The notes beneath the pieces are model-generated. The model was not told where the DNA came from and did no database searches. It was given only the letters and a program-made list of their open reading frames with translations. Below, one piece after another: positions 1 through 10,431 of a DNA stretch of 64,000 nt; position 1 is the first letter of the stretch, and each line of letters begins with the position of its first letter. The translations under genes were made by a program, and so were the position numbers. Source of the stretch: Flavobacterium sp. (GTDB lineage Bacteria > Bacteroidota > Bacteroidia > Flavobacteriales > Flavobacteriaceae); assembly GCA_018401995.1 (NCBI GenBank), contig JAGYJR010000001.1, positions 1,534-65,533 of the forward strand. Direction: 5' to 3'.

Positions 1-1078
1 AATCAATCCAAACCGAACCATCAGGATCTTTCTCGAAAATGCCTTTTTCCAAACCAAATTGAACCACTTCTTTCCCAAGCAAATAGGTATTCGATTCGTA
101 GTAATAGCTGTCAAAATCAACACCTAAGTTTTTGTACGTTTGCTCGAAACCATCATAAACCCATTGGTTCATGGTTTTCCAAAGTTCGATAACTTCTGGT
201 TTACCGTTTTCCCAATCTAAAAGCATTTGTTGAACTTCATTTCCTAAAATAGAATAATTATTAAAATATTCGTTTTTAAAATGTTTTTTAAATTCAGCTC
301 TACAAATATTTAACAATTCATCTTTATCATTATCTAAAAATTCCTTCTCGTATTTCTCTTTTAATAACTTTTGAAATTCTGCCGATTTAGAATATTTATC
401 ATTCAAGGAATAAACCAAATCATCATTAGCATGATTATCAAACCATTCTGAATATTCCTTTTGAAATTTTCTCTCGAATTCTACATAAAAATTTCCAACC
501 AATTTATCACCTTTCAAACCTGTTGATTCTGGCGTTTGTCCGTTTCCGAATTTTTGCCAAGCCAACATCGATTTGCAAATGTGAATGCCTCTATCGTTGA
601 TGATTTGGGTTTTATATACTTTTTTCCCAGAAGCTTTAATAATTTCAGCCACCGAATAGCCCAATAAATTATTACGAATATGACCTAAATGCAAAGGTTT
701 ATTGGTATTAGGCGAAGAATATTCTACCATTACGGCTTTTTCGCCTTCTTTTGGAGTAACAAAACCAAACGTTTCATTGTCTTTAATCGAATTGAAGAAA
801 TTTACATAAAAAGCATCCGAAATTACTAGGTTCAAAAAACCAGCCACTACATTGAATTTGTCTACTTCAGCTACATTGGCAACTAAATATTCTCCAATTT
901 GTGTTCCAATAGCAACTGGATTGCCTTTTAATGCTTTCACTAACGGAAAAACAACCATCGTAATATCACCTTCAAAGTCTTTCCTAGTAGCTTGAAATTC
1001 AACTTTTTCGATAGTTAAACCAAATACATTTTGAACTGCTTGCTGGATGTGTGTTGTTAGTGTTTCTTGTAATGTCAT
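1..1078 (-). CDS. argS: Arginyl-tRNA synthetase, 5' part (runs off the window start)
   Basis: Manual translation from ATG at 1078 (MTLQETL...) gives EYSSPNTNKPLHLGHIRNNLLG (class I HIGH motif), INDRGIHICKSMLAW and MNQWVYDGF. Absent from the ORF track because it is truncated. Confidence 0.95.
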   Translation of the reverse strand, partial: MTLQETLTTHIQQAVQNVFGLTIEKVEFQATRKDFEGDITMVVFPLVKALKGNPVAIGTQIGEYLVANVAEVDKFNVVAGFLNLVISDAFYVNFFNSIKDNETFGFVTPKEGEKAVMVEYSSPNTNKPLHLGHIRNNLLGYSVAEIIKASGKKVYKTQIINDRGIHICKSMLAWQKFGNGQTPESTGLKGDKLVGNFYVEFERKFQKEYSEWFDNHANDDLVYSLNDKYSKSAEFQKLLKEKYEKEFLDNDKDELLNICRAEFKKHFKNEYFNNYSILGNEVQQMLLDWENGKPEVIELWKTMNQWVYDGFEQTYKNLGVDFDSYYYESNTYLLGKEVVQFGLEKGIFEKDPDGSVWID

Positions 1079-1252
1079 TTTTCCTTAATTTTTGAAGGTG
1101 CAAATTTAGTAAATCGTGATTAGTAATTAGTGATTAGTTGCTATTTTTTTGAAAAAGAAAAAGCGATTCTAATGAACCGCTTTAGTATGCTTTAAGCTTA
1201 GAGTTAAAATCTATTTTCTAACTTCTAACTTCTTATCTCTATCTTCTAAAAT

Positions 1253-2260
1253 CTACCATCTAATTATAGCGCTTCCCCAAGTAAATCCTGAGCCAAAAGC
1301 AGCTAAAACTACTACATCACCTTCTTTGATTTTTCCTTGTTCCCAAGCTTCTGTTAAAGCAATTGGAATAGAAGCTGCAGTTGTATTTCCGTATTTTTGA
1401 ATGTTATTGAACACTTGGTCATCAGTCAAGCGGAATTTCTGTTGGATAAACTGAGAAATTCGCAAATTCGCTTGATGTGGAATCAACATATTGATGTCTG
1501 AAACTTGTAAATTATTGGCTTGCAAACCTTCGTTAATAACTTCACTAAAGCGAACAACCGCATTTTTAAATACAAATTGTCCGTTCATATGCGGATAATA
1601 ACTTTCGTCATTTGGGTCATTATCTTTGATGATATCGGTAACCCAACGTTTTCCCATTCCTGGCGCAATTAAAGCCAATTCTTCGGCATGTTGTCCTTCT
1701 GAATGTAAATGCGTAGATAAAATCCCTTTGGTAGCATCTTCGCTTCTTGATAAAACAGCCGCTCCTGCTCCATCACCAAAAATCACGGAAACTCCACGAC
1801 CACGAGTCGTAAAATCCAAACCACGAGAATGTACTTCGGAACCAATAACCAAAATGTTTTTATACATGCCAGTTTTGATGAATTGGTCAGCAACCGAAAT
1901 TCCATAAACAAATCCCGAACATTGGTTACGAATATCCAAAGCGCCAACAGTTTTCAATCCTAAATCACGCTGTACCAAAACGCCTGGTCCAGGGAAATAA
2001 TAATCCGGACTCAACGTAGCAAAAACCACAAAATCAATATCGTCTTTAGTTAATCCTGAGCGTTGGATTGCCATTTCGGCGGCTTTTACACCCATTGAAG
2101 TCGTTGTGTCTTCGGGAGAATTCACATGGCGACGTTCTTTAATGCCCGTTCGTTCTTGAATCCATTCGTCATTGGTATCCATGATTTTAGACAAATCATC
2201 ATTTGAAACTATATTTTCAGGGACATAATATCCAAGTCCAGTAATTTTAGAATGATACAT
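1253..2260 (-). CDS. fabH: 3-oxoacyl-ACP synthase III
   Basis: DTNDEWIQERTGI, NQCSGF (catalytic Cys), PHQAN and GNTTAAS motifs. The ATG at 2260 is preferred over the upstream TTG. Confidence 0.93.
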   Translation of the reverse strand: MYHSKITGLGYYVPENIVSNDDLSKIMDTNDEWIQERTGIKERRHVNSPEDTTTSMGVKAAEMAIQRSGLTKDDIDFVVFATLSPDYYFPGPGVLVQRDLGLKTVGALDIRNQCSGFVYGISVADQFIKTGMYKNILVIGSEVHSRGLDFTTRGRGVSVIFGDGAGAAVLSRSEDATKGILSTHLHSEGQHAEELALIAPGMGKRWVTDIIKDNDPNDESYYPHMNGQFVFKNAVVRFSEVINEGLQANNLQVSDINMLIPHQANLRISQFIQQKFRLTDDQVFNNIQKYGNTTAASIPIALTEAWEQGKIKEGDVVVLAAFGSGFTWGSAIIRW

Positions 2261-2423
2261 AATAAAAAAATTAGTCAACAAATTTACGAATTTTAAAGAT
2301 ATAACAATTTATGTTTTGAAAAATGAAAATTCTTCAAAATACAAAGCCAACTTTTAACAAAAATTATAGATTTTATCTTCAAGAAAAAATTATTTTTATG
2401 CTTTAAACTAATTTAACCAAAAT

Positions 2424-4835
2424 ATGAAACAAATTTTTGCTTCGGTTTCTATGTTATTCCTTAGTTACATTGGAATAGCTCAGGAAAATGTTACCTACCA
2501 AAAACCTCCAAAAGAAATTTTAGAACTAGCCGATTTTGAAAGAGCACCAAGTGTATCGATGGATACCAAAAAGGAATACATGCTTTTGAGCTACCGCAAC
2601 ACTTACAAAAGTTTAGACGATTTAAACCAAGAAGAAATGCGTTTGGGCGGTTTACGAATCAACCCAATTACCAATATTTCTAGTACAGTAACGTATATCA
2701 ACAACTTAAAAATCAGAAAAGTTAAAGATAAAAACGAAATTCAAGTCAAAGGATTACCTGAAAATGCGAAAATAACCAATGTTAGTTGGGCACCAAACGA
2801 GAAAGTAATTGCGTTTACCAATACAACTTCCAATGGTGTGGAACTTTGGACAATTGACGTAGCCACAGCGCAAGCCAAAAAAATAACTTCAGATAATTTG
2901 AATGCCAATTTAGGCAATCCATATAGTTGGATGAAAGACAGTCAGCAATTGTTGATTCGTGTAATTCCTGCGAACAAACCTAAGTTAATCGACGAGAAAA
3001 AAGATTTACCAAAAGGACCAATTGTTTCGGAAAGTGAAGGGAAAGTTTCTCAAAACAGAACGTATCAAGATTTATTGAAGAACAAAACAGATGAAGCCAA
3101 TTTTGAAGCATTGGTAACTTCTGAATTGAAAACAGTTGATTTAAACGGTTCAATTAAAAACTTCAAAACCGCTGGAATGTATGCAGGCGAAACCTTTTCT
3201 CCAGACGGCAATTACTTGATGATTACTTCTATTGAAAAACCGTTTTCTTACATTGTTCCTCTAAGTCGTTTTCCACAAAAAACTACTGTTTATGACAGCA
3301 ACGGGAAAGAAATCAAAGTGGTAAATGAAGTACCATTAACTGAAATCATGCCAAAAGGTTTCTCATCCACAAGAACAGGAAAAAGAAGTATGAATTGGAG
3401 AGCTGACCAACCGGCAACCTTACATTTTGTAGAAGCTCTTGATGGTGGAGACCAAGCGAATAAAGTTGAATTTAGAGACGAATTATTTCTTTGGGAAGCG
3501 CCTTTTAACCAAGCACCAAAAAGTTTGATGAAAATCCCTCAACGTTACGGTGGTGTTATGTGGGGCAATGCAACAACAGCAATTATTATGGACAGTTGGT
3601 ACGACACTAGAAATACAAAAGCCTATTTAATCAATCCTTCCAATCCAGCAATGGCTCCAAAAGTGATTGAAGACAGAAATTCTCAAGACGTGTATTCTGA
3701 TCCAGGAAGTTTTGAAATGAAGAAAAATGAATTTGGAAGATATGTAATCGCTATTGAAAACAACAAAGGCTATTTGATTGGTGATGGTTTTACCAAAGAA
3801 GGGCAATTTCCTTTCATTGATGAATTTGATTTTGGCACGTTAAAAACAAAACGCTTGTACACTTCAAACATGAAAGACAGAAAAGAAGATTTAATGTCTA
3901 TCGAAGATTTGAAAAAAGGCGATGTTTTGGTTATGATTCAATCGAAAAATGAATATCCAAATTACTATTACAGAAACTTAAAATCTAAGAAATTAACACC
4001 AATCACTGCTTTCAAAAATCCGTTTGAAAGTTTGAAAAATGTACATAAAGAAGTAATTACGTACCAAAGAAAAGACGGCGTTACCTTATCAGGAACATTG
4101 TATTTACCAGCAGGTTACGATAGAACTAAAAAAGACAAAAAATTACCCTTGTTAATTTGGGCTTATCCAAGAGAATACAAAGACAAAAATAGTGCGGGAC
4201 AAAGTACACAAAACCCTAATGAATTTACGTTCCCTTATTACGGATCATTTGTGTATTGGGTAACTAGAGGATATGCAGTTTTAGACGATGCGGCTTTTCC
4301 AATCATTGGAGAAGGAACATCAGAGCCAAATGATACTTTTATTGAACAATTAGTTAACAATGCTGAAGCTGCGATTAATGCTGTGGATAAATTGGGTTAT
4401 ATTAATAAGAGTAAAGTTGGGGTTGGTGGCCATTCGTATGGTGCTTTCATGACAGCCAACTTATTAACGCATTCTAATTTATTTGCTTGTGGAATTGCCA
4501 GAAGTGGCGCGTATAATAGAACGTTAACACCTTTTGGTTTCCAAAGTGAGCAAAGAAATTATTGGGATGTTCCCCAAATTTACAACGGGATGTCGCCATT
4601 TATGAATGCTGAAAAAATGAAAACGCCAATGCTATTAACACACGGTGAAGCCGATAACAATCCTGGAACATTTACGTTACAAACCGAGCGTTATTTCCAA
4701 GCGTTAAAAGGTTTAGGAGCACCAGTAAGAATGGTGATTTTACCAAAAGAATCGCACAGTTACGTAGCGAAAGAAAATATTTTACATTTGTTGTGGGAAC
4801 AAGATCAATTCTTGGAAAAACATTTGAAAAATTAA
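2424..4835 (+). CDS. S9 family (prolyl oligopeptidase-like) serine peptidase, secreted
   Basis: Signal peptide, beta-propeller-like N-terminal region, GGHSYG nucleophile motif, HGEADNN and ESH catalytic Asp/His. Confidence 0.9.
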   Translation: MKQIFASVSMLFLSYIGIAQENVTYQKPPKEILELADFERAPSVSMDTKKEYMLLSYRNTYKSLDDLNQEEMRLGGLRINPITNISSTVTYINNLKIRKVKDKNEIQVKGLPENAKITNVSWAPNEKVIAFTNTTSNGVELWTIDVATAQAKKITSDNLNANLGNPYSWMKDSQQLLIRVIPANKPKLIDEKKDLPKGPIVSESEGKVSQNRTYQDLLKNKTDEANFEALVTSELKTVDLNGSIKNFKTAGMYAGETFSPDGNYLMITSIEKPFSYIVPLSRFPQKTTVYDSNGKEIKVVNEVPLTEIMPKGFSSTRTGKRSMNWRADQPATLHFVEALDGGDQANKVEFRDELFLWEAPFNQAPKSLMKIPQRYGGVMWGNATTAIIMDSWYDTRNTKAYLINPSNPAMAPKVIEDRNSQDVYSDPGSFEMKKNEFGRYVIAIENNKGYLIGDGFTKEGQFPFIDEFDFGTLKTKRLYTSNMKDRKEDLMSIEDLKKGDVLVMIQSKNEYPNYYYRNLKSKKLTPITAFKNPFESLKNVHKEVITYQRKDGVTLSGTLYLPAGYDRTKKDKKLPLLIWAYPREYKDKNSAGQSTQNPNEFTFPYYGSFVYWVTRGYAVLDDAAFPIIGEGTSEPNDTFIEQLVNNAEAAINAVDKLGYINKSKVGVGGHSYGAFMTANLLTHSNLFACGIARSGAYNRTLTPFGFQSEQRNYWDVPQIYNGMSPFMNAEKMKTPMLLTHGEADNNPGTFTLQTERYFQALKGLGAPVRMVILPKESHSYVAKENILHLLWEQDQFLEKHLKN

Positions 4836-4860
4836 ACCAAGAAATTAAAAATTAGAAAAT

Positions 4861-4894
4861 AGACCTTTGAGCATTTGTTTGAAGGTCTTTTTTT
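4861..4894 (+). terminator. Rho-independent terminator after the S9 peptidase
   Basis: AGACCTT...AAGGTCT stem followed by a T-tract. Confidence 0.7.
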
Positions 4895-4900
4895 AAAAAA

Positions 4901-4930
4901 ACATCCCCCTAACCCCCTTCGAAGGGGGAA
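4901..4930 (+). repeat. Left 30-bp inverted repeat with internal hairpin flanking the DUF559 gene
   Basis: ACATCCCCCTAACCCCCTTCGAAGGGGGAA matches the reverse complement of 5331-5360 at 28/30 positions. Confidence 0.92.
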
Positions 4931-4936
4931 CTTATT

Positions 4937-5305
4937 CTAATCACTATTCAATTCTAAAATTTTAGCAGACAATTCATTCAATACATGATGACTGTAATGA
5001 ATTACTTCTTCATTTGAAAATCTTAAAAAAGTAACCCCTTTTTGTTCTAACTCACCTTGCCTTTTAGCGTCTTCAAAAAAAGCATTATCATGAATCGACC
5101 CATCAAGTTCAACTGCCAAACCAATTTCGTGACAATAAAAATCGACTATATAGTTTAACATTGGAACTTGTCTATGAAACTCTACTCCCAAAGCTTTTCC
5201 CTTTACCATTTTCCAAAAAACTATTTCTGCAGGCGTACTATTTTTTCTCAATTCTCTAGCTAGCTCTTTTAACTTGGGATTATATGGGATGATCTTATTT
5301 CTCAT
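4937..5305 (-). CDS. DUF559 / Vsr-like PD-(D/E)xK endonuclease domain protein
   Basis: LARELRKNSTPAE, FHRQ, YIVDFYC, VELDGSIH and LRFSN motifs typical of DUF559. Confidence 0.88.
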   Translation of the reverse strand: MRNKIIPYNPKLKELARELRKNSTPAEIVFWKMVKGKALGVEFHRQVPMLNYIVDFYCHEIGLAVELDGSIHDNAFFEDAKRQGELEQKGVTFLRFSNEEVIHYSHHVLNELSAKILELNSD

Positions 5306-5330
5306 AATTTCTTAAATATCATGCAAACTT

Positions 5331-5360
5331 TTCCCCCTTTGAAGGGGGCTAGGGGGATGT
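5331..5360 (-). repeat. Right 30-bp inverted repeat with internal hairpin flanking the DUF559 gene
   Basis: TTCCCCCTTTGAAGGGGGCTAGGGGGATGT; it abuts the stop codon of the ABC ATPase gene. Confidence 0.92.
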
Positions 5361-6286
5361 TACGCTTCTTTCACTTCCAAAAAAACAATTTCACCAGTAG
5401 ATAATTCCTTCAAACTTTCAAAAAACACCAATTGATTCTCAAATTTCCCTTCTACCAAAAAATGACTGCCTTTGAAATACGATTGAACTACCTCAACTTT
5501 AAAATCAGAACTTTGAACTACTTGAAATTGGTGCGGATATACAAAATTGGTTGAACCATTCATTTTTACAACTGAAACATCACCAAATAAGGAAGCCACA
5601 TAAAAAGAAGAAGGATTTTGGAATATCGTTTCTGGAGTTCCTTTAGCTTCAATAGCACCATTTTTCATTACCAAAATTTCATCAGCAAACGACAATGAGT
5701 CGTTAACATCATGAGTTGCCACAACACAAGTAATATTTTTAGACTTCAAATAAGAAAAAATACGTCTTCGTAAACTGTTTTTTCTGAAATTATCAATATG
5801 ACTGAAAGGTTCGTCTAACAATAAAACTTCAGGTTCGAGTGCTAAAACTTTAGCTAAAGCTACACGTTGCATTTGTCCACCACTTAGAAATTTTGCTTTG
5901 GTATTAGCAAACTCTGACATTTCAACTACTTCCAATAATTCAGTAATTCGAGCTTTTTTCTCTTCGGGATAAAAATTGGAAAGGTATTTTCCAATGTTTT
6001 CTGCAACGGTAATAAAAGGCATTAAATCAAAATCTTGCGCCAAATATTTCATAAATGGCATTCCAGGAACGAGATGAAACTTGGGTCCCAAAACTTGGGT
6101 TTCATTCCAAAATATTTCGCCTTGATCTAAATCATACAAGCCATATATTAGTTTTAACAACGTACTTTTTCCACAACCGCTTTCACCAATTATAGCCAAA
6201 ATAGCACTTTTCTCTAAACGAAAGCAAATACCATTTAAAAAAGAATGTGTATCATAAGAAAACGAAATGTCATTAATATAAAGCAT
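5360..6286 (-). CDS. ABC transporter ATP-binding protein
   Basis: Walker A GESGCGKS, signature LSGGQ, Walker B LLLDEP. Confidence 0.92.
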   Translation of the reverse strand: MLYINDISFSYDTHSFLNGICFRLEKSAILAIIGESGCGKSTLLKLIYGLYDLDQGEIFWNETQVLGPKFHLVPGMPFMKYLAQDFDLMPFITVAENIGKYLSNFYPEEKKARITELLEVVEMSEFANTKAKFLSGGQMQRVALAKVLALEPEVLLLDEPFSHIDNFRKNSLRRRIFSYLKSKNITCVVATHDVNDSLSFADEILVMKNGAIEAKGTPETIFQNPSSFYVASLFGDVSVVKMNGSTNFVYPHQFQVVQSSDFKVEVVQSYFKGSHFLVEGKFENQLVFFESLKELSTGEIVFLEVKEA

Positions 6287-6400
6287 ATAAAAAGAAACAA
6301 AGTAAGGGAAATAATAATTATTATAAAATTTTTTATTTTTTATTTCAAAATTAAAAAAACAAAACTATATTGCAGTCCCCAAATTTGAACATAAAATAAC

Positions 6401-7000
6401 ATGAAACGAAACTTAAAACAATGGTTTTTATTAATACCTCTTTTAATAACTACTAACTCGTTTGCACAGTACGGCATTGAAATTAATTACGGCTTGAATG
6501 GTGTGATGGAACCAAACATCAACAATTTCTCTCATTTCGGAGCAGGAATAACTTACGATTTTGACGAAAATTATGGTTTAAAATTAGACTTTGGTTCTGA
6601 TAAGTTTAGAACTCAAAATCCGCTATTTGCTGAAGAAACTGGAGTTGATATAACTCGTTTTTCACTTCAAGGAACAGCTAACATTACTTCGTTAACAACA
6701 AGAGCAAGCAGTCAAGATTTCTTTAACTTAATTGCACATGCTGGCGCAGGATACTCTTTAGTGAAATCATCATACAATACAGGTAATGACAATCTAGTAA
6801 ATATTATTGCTGGTTTAACTCCAAGATTCAGAATAACTGACGGTTTATACTTCACCGTTGACACCTCAGTTATATTTAATATTTCACAACATTATAATTT
6901 TGATGGAAGTTTTTCCTATACTGATGCTGTAAATTCATTTACCGGAATTACTTACAATGTAACAGGAGGAATTGTATACAAGTTCAATGAATATTATTAA
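6401..7000 (+). CDS. Outer-membrane beta-barrel protein
   Basis: Signal peptide, alternating amphipathic strands, C-terminal GIVYKF. Confidence 0.65.
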   Translation: MKRNLKQWFLLIPLLITTNSFAQYGIEINYGLNGVMEPNINNFSHFGAGITYDFDENYGLKLDFGSDKFRTQNPLFAEETGVDITRFSLQGTANITSLTTRASSQDFFNLIAHAGAGYSLVKSSYNTGNDNLVNIIAGLTPRFRITDGLYFTVDTSVIFNISQHYNFDGSFSYTDAVNSFTGITYNVTGGIVYKFNEYY

Positions 7001-7137
7001 AAATAACCAACCCAAAACTAAATCATCCCAGTTCAATTGAATTGGGATTTTTTTATGTCAATTTGTCACCAATCTTAGTTTGGTATTCCTTTTGAAATAG
7101 AGTTTACAACAAATTGTTTAACTAAAATTTTAAAAAT

Positions 7138-9021
7138 ATGGCATCAGGAAAAATTAATGTTTCAGTTGAAAACATCTTTCCCCTAATCAAAAAATTCTTA
7201 TACAGCGACCACGAAATTTTCCTTCGTGAATTAGTATCGAATGCAACCGACGCTACTTTAAAATTAAAACATTTAACCAGTATTGGAGAAACCAAAGTAG
7301 CCTACGGTAATCCAATGATTGAAATCAAGATTGACAAAGAAGGTAAAAAACTGCACATCATTGACCAAGGTTTAGGAATGACCGTCGATGAAGTGGAAAA
7401 ATACATCAACCAAATCGCATTCTCAGGAGCTGAAGAATTTCTTGAAAAATATAAAGATTCTGCCAAAGATTCAGGTGTCATTGGGCACTTTGGATTAGGA
7501 TTTTATTCCGCTTTCATGGTAGCTTCTAAAGTAGAAATCATTACAAAATCATATAAAGACGAACCAGCGGCTCATTGGACCTGCGACGGAAGTCCGGAAT
7601 TTACTTTAGTACCTCATGATAAAACCGAGAGAGGAACTGAAATTATTCTTCATATTGCTGATGATTCAGTAGAGTTTTTGGAAGAATTCAAAATTCGTGA
7701 ATTGCTGACTAAATACAATAAATTCATGCCAATTCCGATTAAATTTGGAACAAAAAAAGAAGCACTACCAAAACCAGAAGACGCACAAGAAGATTACAAA
7801 ACCGAATATGTTGACGTTGATAACATCATTAATAATCCAAATCCAGCTTGGACCAAACAACCAAGCGATTTAACAGCTGACGATTACAAAAGTTTCTACC
7901 GTGAATTGTATCCAATGCAATTTGACGAACCGTTATTCAACATCCATTTGAATGTAGATTATCCGTTCAACTTAACAGGGATTTTGTATTTCCCAAAATT
8001 ATCAGCCGATTTACAAATTCAGAAAGATAAAATTCAGCTGTACCAAAATCAAGTGTATGTAACGGATAATGTGGAAGGAATTGTTCCTGAATTCTTAATG
8101 ATGTTGAGAGGAGTTGTGGATTCGCCAGATATTCCATTAAATGTATCGCGTTCGTACTTACAAGCCGATGGAAATGTAAAGAAAATTTCGAATTACATCA
8201 CTAGAAAAGTAGCGGATAAATTGAAATCGTTATTCAACGAGAACCGAGAAGATTTCCAACAAAAATGGAACGATATCAAAGTGGTATTGGAATACGGAAT
8301 GCTTTCGGAACCAAAATTCTATGAAAAAGCAGGTGATTTCGTATTATATCCAACTACAGAAGAAAACTATTATACTTTAGCCGAATTAAAAGAAGCCTTA
8401 AAAGACAACCAAACCGACAAAGATGGGAAACTAGTTGTGCTTTACGCTTCGAACAAAGACGCACAGCACAGCTATATTGATATTGCCAAAGAAAAAGGCT
8501 ATCAAGTATTGTTATTAGATTCACCAATTGTATCGCATTTAATCCAAAAATTAGAAGCAGACAATGAAAATTTAACTTTTGCACGTGTTGATGCTGATCA
8601 TATCGACAAACTAATTCAGAAAGAAGAAGAAACCATTTCTAAATTATCGGATGACGAAAAAGAAAAACTAAAAACGTCAATTGAAACCGTAGTTCCAAAA
8701 GAAAACTATACCGTTCAATTAGAAAATTTAGACAGCAATGCAGCACCATTCATCATTACCCAACCCGAATTCATGCGTAGAATGAAAGAAATGAGTGCGT
8801 CTGGCGGAGGCGGAATGTTTGGAATGGGTAACTTCCCAGAAATGTATAATTTAGTTGTGAATACCAATTCGGAACTAGCAAGCAATATTTTAAACAGCTC
8901 AGAAGAAACTCAAAAAGACTTGGTAAAACAAGCCTTAGATTTAGCCAAACTTTCACAAGGTTTATTAAAAGGAGAAGAATTGACTGCTTTTGTTAAGAGA
9001 AGTTTTGAAACTTTGAAATAA
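7138..9021 (+). CDS. htpG: Hsp90 chaperone HtpG
   Basis: FLRELVSNATDA, DQGLGM, IGHFGLGFYSAF and PLNVSRS motifs. Confidence 0.97.
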   Translation: MASGKINVSVENIFPLIKKFLYSDHEIFLRELVSNATDATLKLKHLTSIGETKVAYGNPMIEIKIDKEGKKLHIIDQGLGMTVDEVEKYINQIAFSGAEEFLEKYKDSAKDSGVIGHFGLGFYSAFMVASKVEIITKSYKDEPAAHWTCDGSPEFTLVPHDKTERGTEIILHIADDSVEFLEEFKIRELLTKYNKFMPIPIKFGTKKEALPKPEDAQEDYKTEYVDVDNIINNPNPAWTKQPSDLTADDYKSFYRELYPMQFDEPLFNIHLNVDYPFNLTGILYFPKLSADLQIQKDKIQLYQNQVYVTDNVEGIVPEFLMMLRGVVDSPDIPLNVSRSYLQADGNVKKISNYITRKVADKLKSLFNENREDFQQKWNDIKVVLEYGMLSEPKFYEKAGDFVLYPTTEENYYTLAELKEALKDNQTDKDGKLVVLYASNKDAQHSYIDIAKEKGYQVLLLDSPIVSHLIQKLEADNENLTFARVDADHIDKLIQKEEETISKLSDDEKEKLKTSIETVVPKENYTVQLENLDSNAAPFIITQPEFMRRMKEMSASGGGGMFGMGNFPEMYNLVVNTNSELASNILNSSEETQKDLVKQALDLAKLSQGLLKGEELTAFVKRSFETLK

Positions 9022-9064
9022 TTTATGATTTTTTCATTCTGAACTTGTTTCAGAATCTTAAATT

Positions 9065-9100
9065 AATCCTGACTGGTTTTTGAAACCTGTCAGGATTTTT
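9065..9100 (+). terminator. Palindrome (REP-like) acting as the htpG terminator
   Basis: AATCCTGACTGGTTTTTGAAACCTGTCAGGATT followed by a T-tract. Confidence 0.65.
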
Positions 9101-9132
9101 TCATTAACTTTGAGTATTAAACCAAGAAGTCA

Positions 9133-9570
9133 ATGAAACAACAAACCTTCACCATCACAATAAATGCGCCAAAAGAAAAAGTTTGGAACGCCATGTGGAC
9201 AGATGAAAATTATCGCAAATGGACAGCTGCTTTCTGTGAAGGTTCCTATATCAAATTCAATCAAAAACAAGGAGAAAGAGTTCATTTTTTAACCCCAAAC
9301 GGCGACGGCATGTTCAGCAAATTAACAACACTTGTACTCCATGAAAAAATGCATTTCACACACATTGGCAATCTAAAAAATTTCGAAGAACAACCTTTAG
9401 ACGAAGAAGCCAAAGTATGGACAGGCGCCAAAGAAAATTACACCTTAACCGAGCAAAACGGAAACACAATCATTACAGTAGAAATGGATATTGCAGAACA
9501 ATATTGGGACTATTTCAATGAAGCATTTGGAAAAGGTTTGGCTACAATTAAAGAAATTGCTGAGCAATAA
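9133..9570 (+). CDS. SRPBCC/AHSA1-like domain protein
   Basis: ITINAPKEKVW...YRKW N-terminus and a C-terminal helix typical of START-like folds. Confidence 0.8.
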   Translation: MKQQTFTITINAPKEKVWNAMWTDENYRKWTAAFCEGSYIKFNQKQGERVHFLTPNGDGMFSKLTTLVLHEKMHFTHIGNLKNFEEQPLDEEAKVWTGAKENYTLTEQNGNTIITVEMDIAEQYWDYFNEAFGKGLATIKEIAEQ

Positions 9571-9614
9571 TTTATAGCAACCTAATAAAAGTCTTCATTA
9601 GTTTTACTTAACAA

Positions 9615-10232
9615 TTATTCAATAATCCAAAACAAAACAGGTTTTGGTATTTGTTGCAAACGCTCGTCTAGTGCTAGCATAAAATCATCAGAAACAGCAG
9701 GACAACCCCAACTTAGCGGACTATATTTTGGATACACTTCTTTATTTTTAACAGCACTCCAAGAATGTAAAACTACTACACGCTCAACGGCAGTTTGGTT
9801 TGTTGGTTCTAATCCATGCAACCAATATTTTACTTTAATTCCCCACGAACTGTAATCGCGTTTTCCTATTTTATACTTTCCTTTCATAGAACAATGCCTA
9901 TTCACTCGCTCATCAAAAGCCGCTTTTTCCCACTTATCTGGATTTTCTTCAAATTGATCGCAACTTCCATGAGTTACTAATTTTTTATCAGTAATGGTTT
10001 TGGTAGTAAAATCATAAATAAAAAAACGATTCTTACCAGAATGCACACTCATATCAATTAAAAAATAACAACTTTCATTGAAATCGTTTTCTTTACAATA
10101 GGCCAAGGCTTCTTGATGAAATGCATCATAATTTCTAACAGTGTCTACTTTTAAACTCTTAGAACTTGAAGATGAAGTGGAATTGGTACAAAATAAAAAA
10201 CCAAAAGATATAAAAAATAGAATTGCTTTCAT
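9615..10232 (-). CDS. Murein L,D-transpeptidase catalytic-domain family protein
   Basis: LIDMSVHSGKNRF, VTHGS, VVLH and SWGCPAV (YkuD-like His/Cys). Confidence 0.82.
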   Translation of the reverse strand: MKAILFFISFGFLFCTNSTSSSSSKSLKVDTVRNYDAFHQEALAYCKENDFNESCYFLIDMSVHSGKNRFFIYDFTTKTITDKKLVTHGSCDQFEENPDKWEKAAFDERVNRHCSMKGKYKIGKRDYSSWGIKVKYWLHGLEPTNQTAVERVVVLHSWSAVKNKEVYPKYSPLSWGCPAVSDDFMLALDERLQQIPKPVLFWIIE

Positions 10233-10431
10233 TTAAATAGTTAAACTTCAATAACTCCAATTTTCAAATTTTATTTTTAAAAAGAAGTTAAATTTGATAT
10301 GAGGTAAAAAATTCTAAACTCTAACTTCTATTTTCTATCTTCTAAAATCCAACATCAGAAAATCAGAAAATCTAACATCCAAACAACCTTCAAACTTTTT
10401 CCCTATCTTTGCGCCCCTTAAAAATTTAGAT

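Noticed and set aside
245-478. Intein or intron in argS
   Set aside because: The insert is short and in frame, with no N-terminal Cys/Ser or C-terminal His-Asn splice motif.
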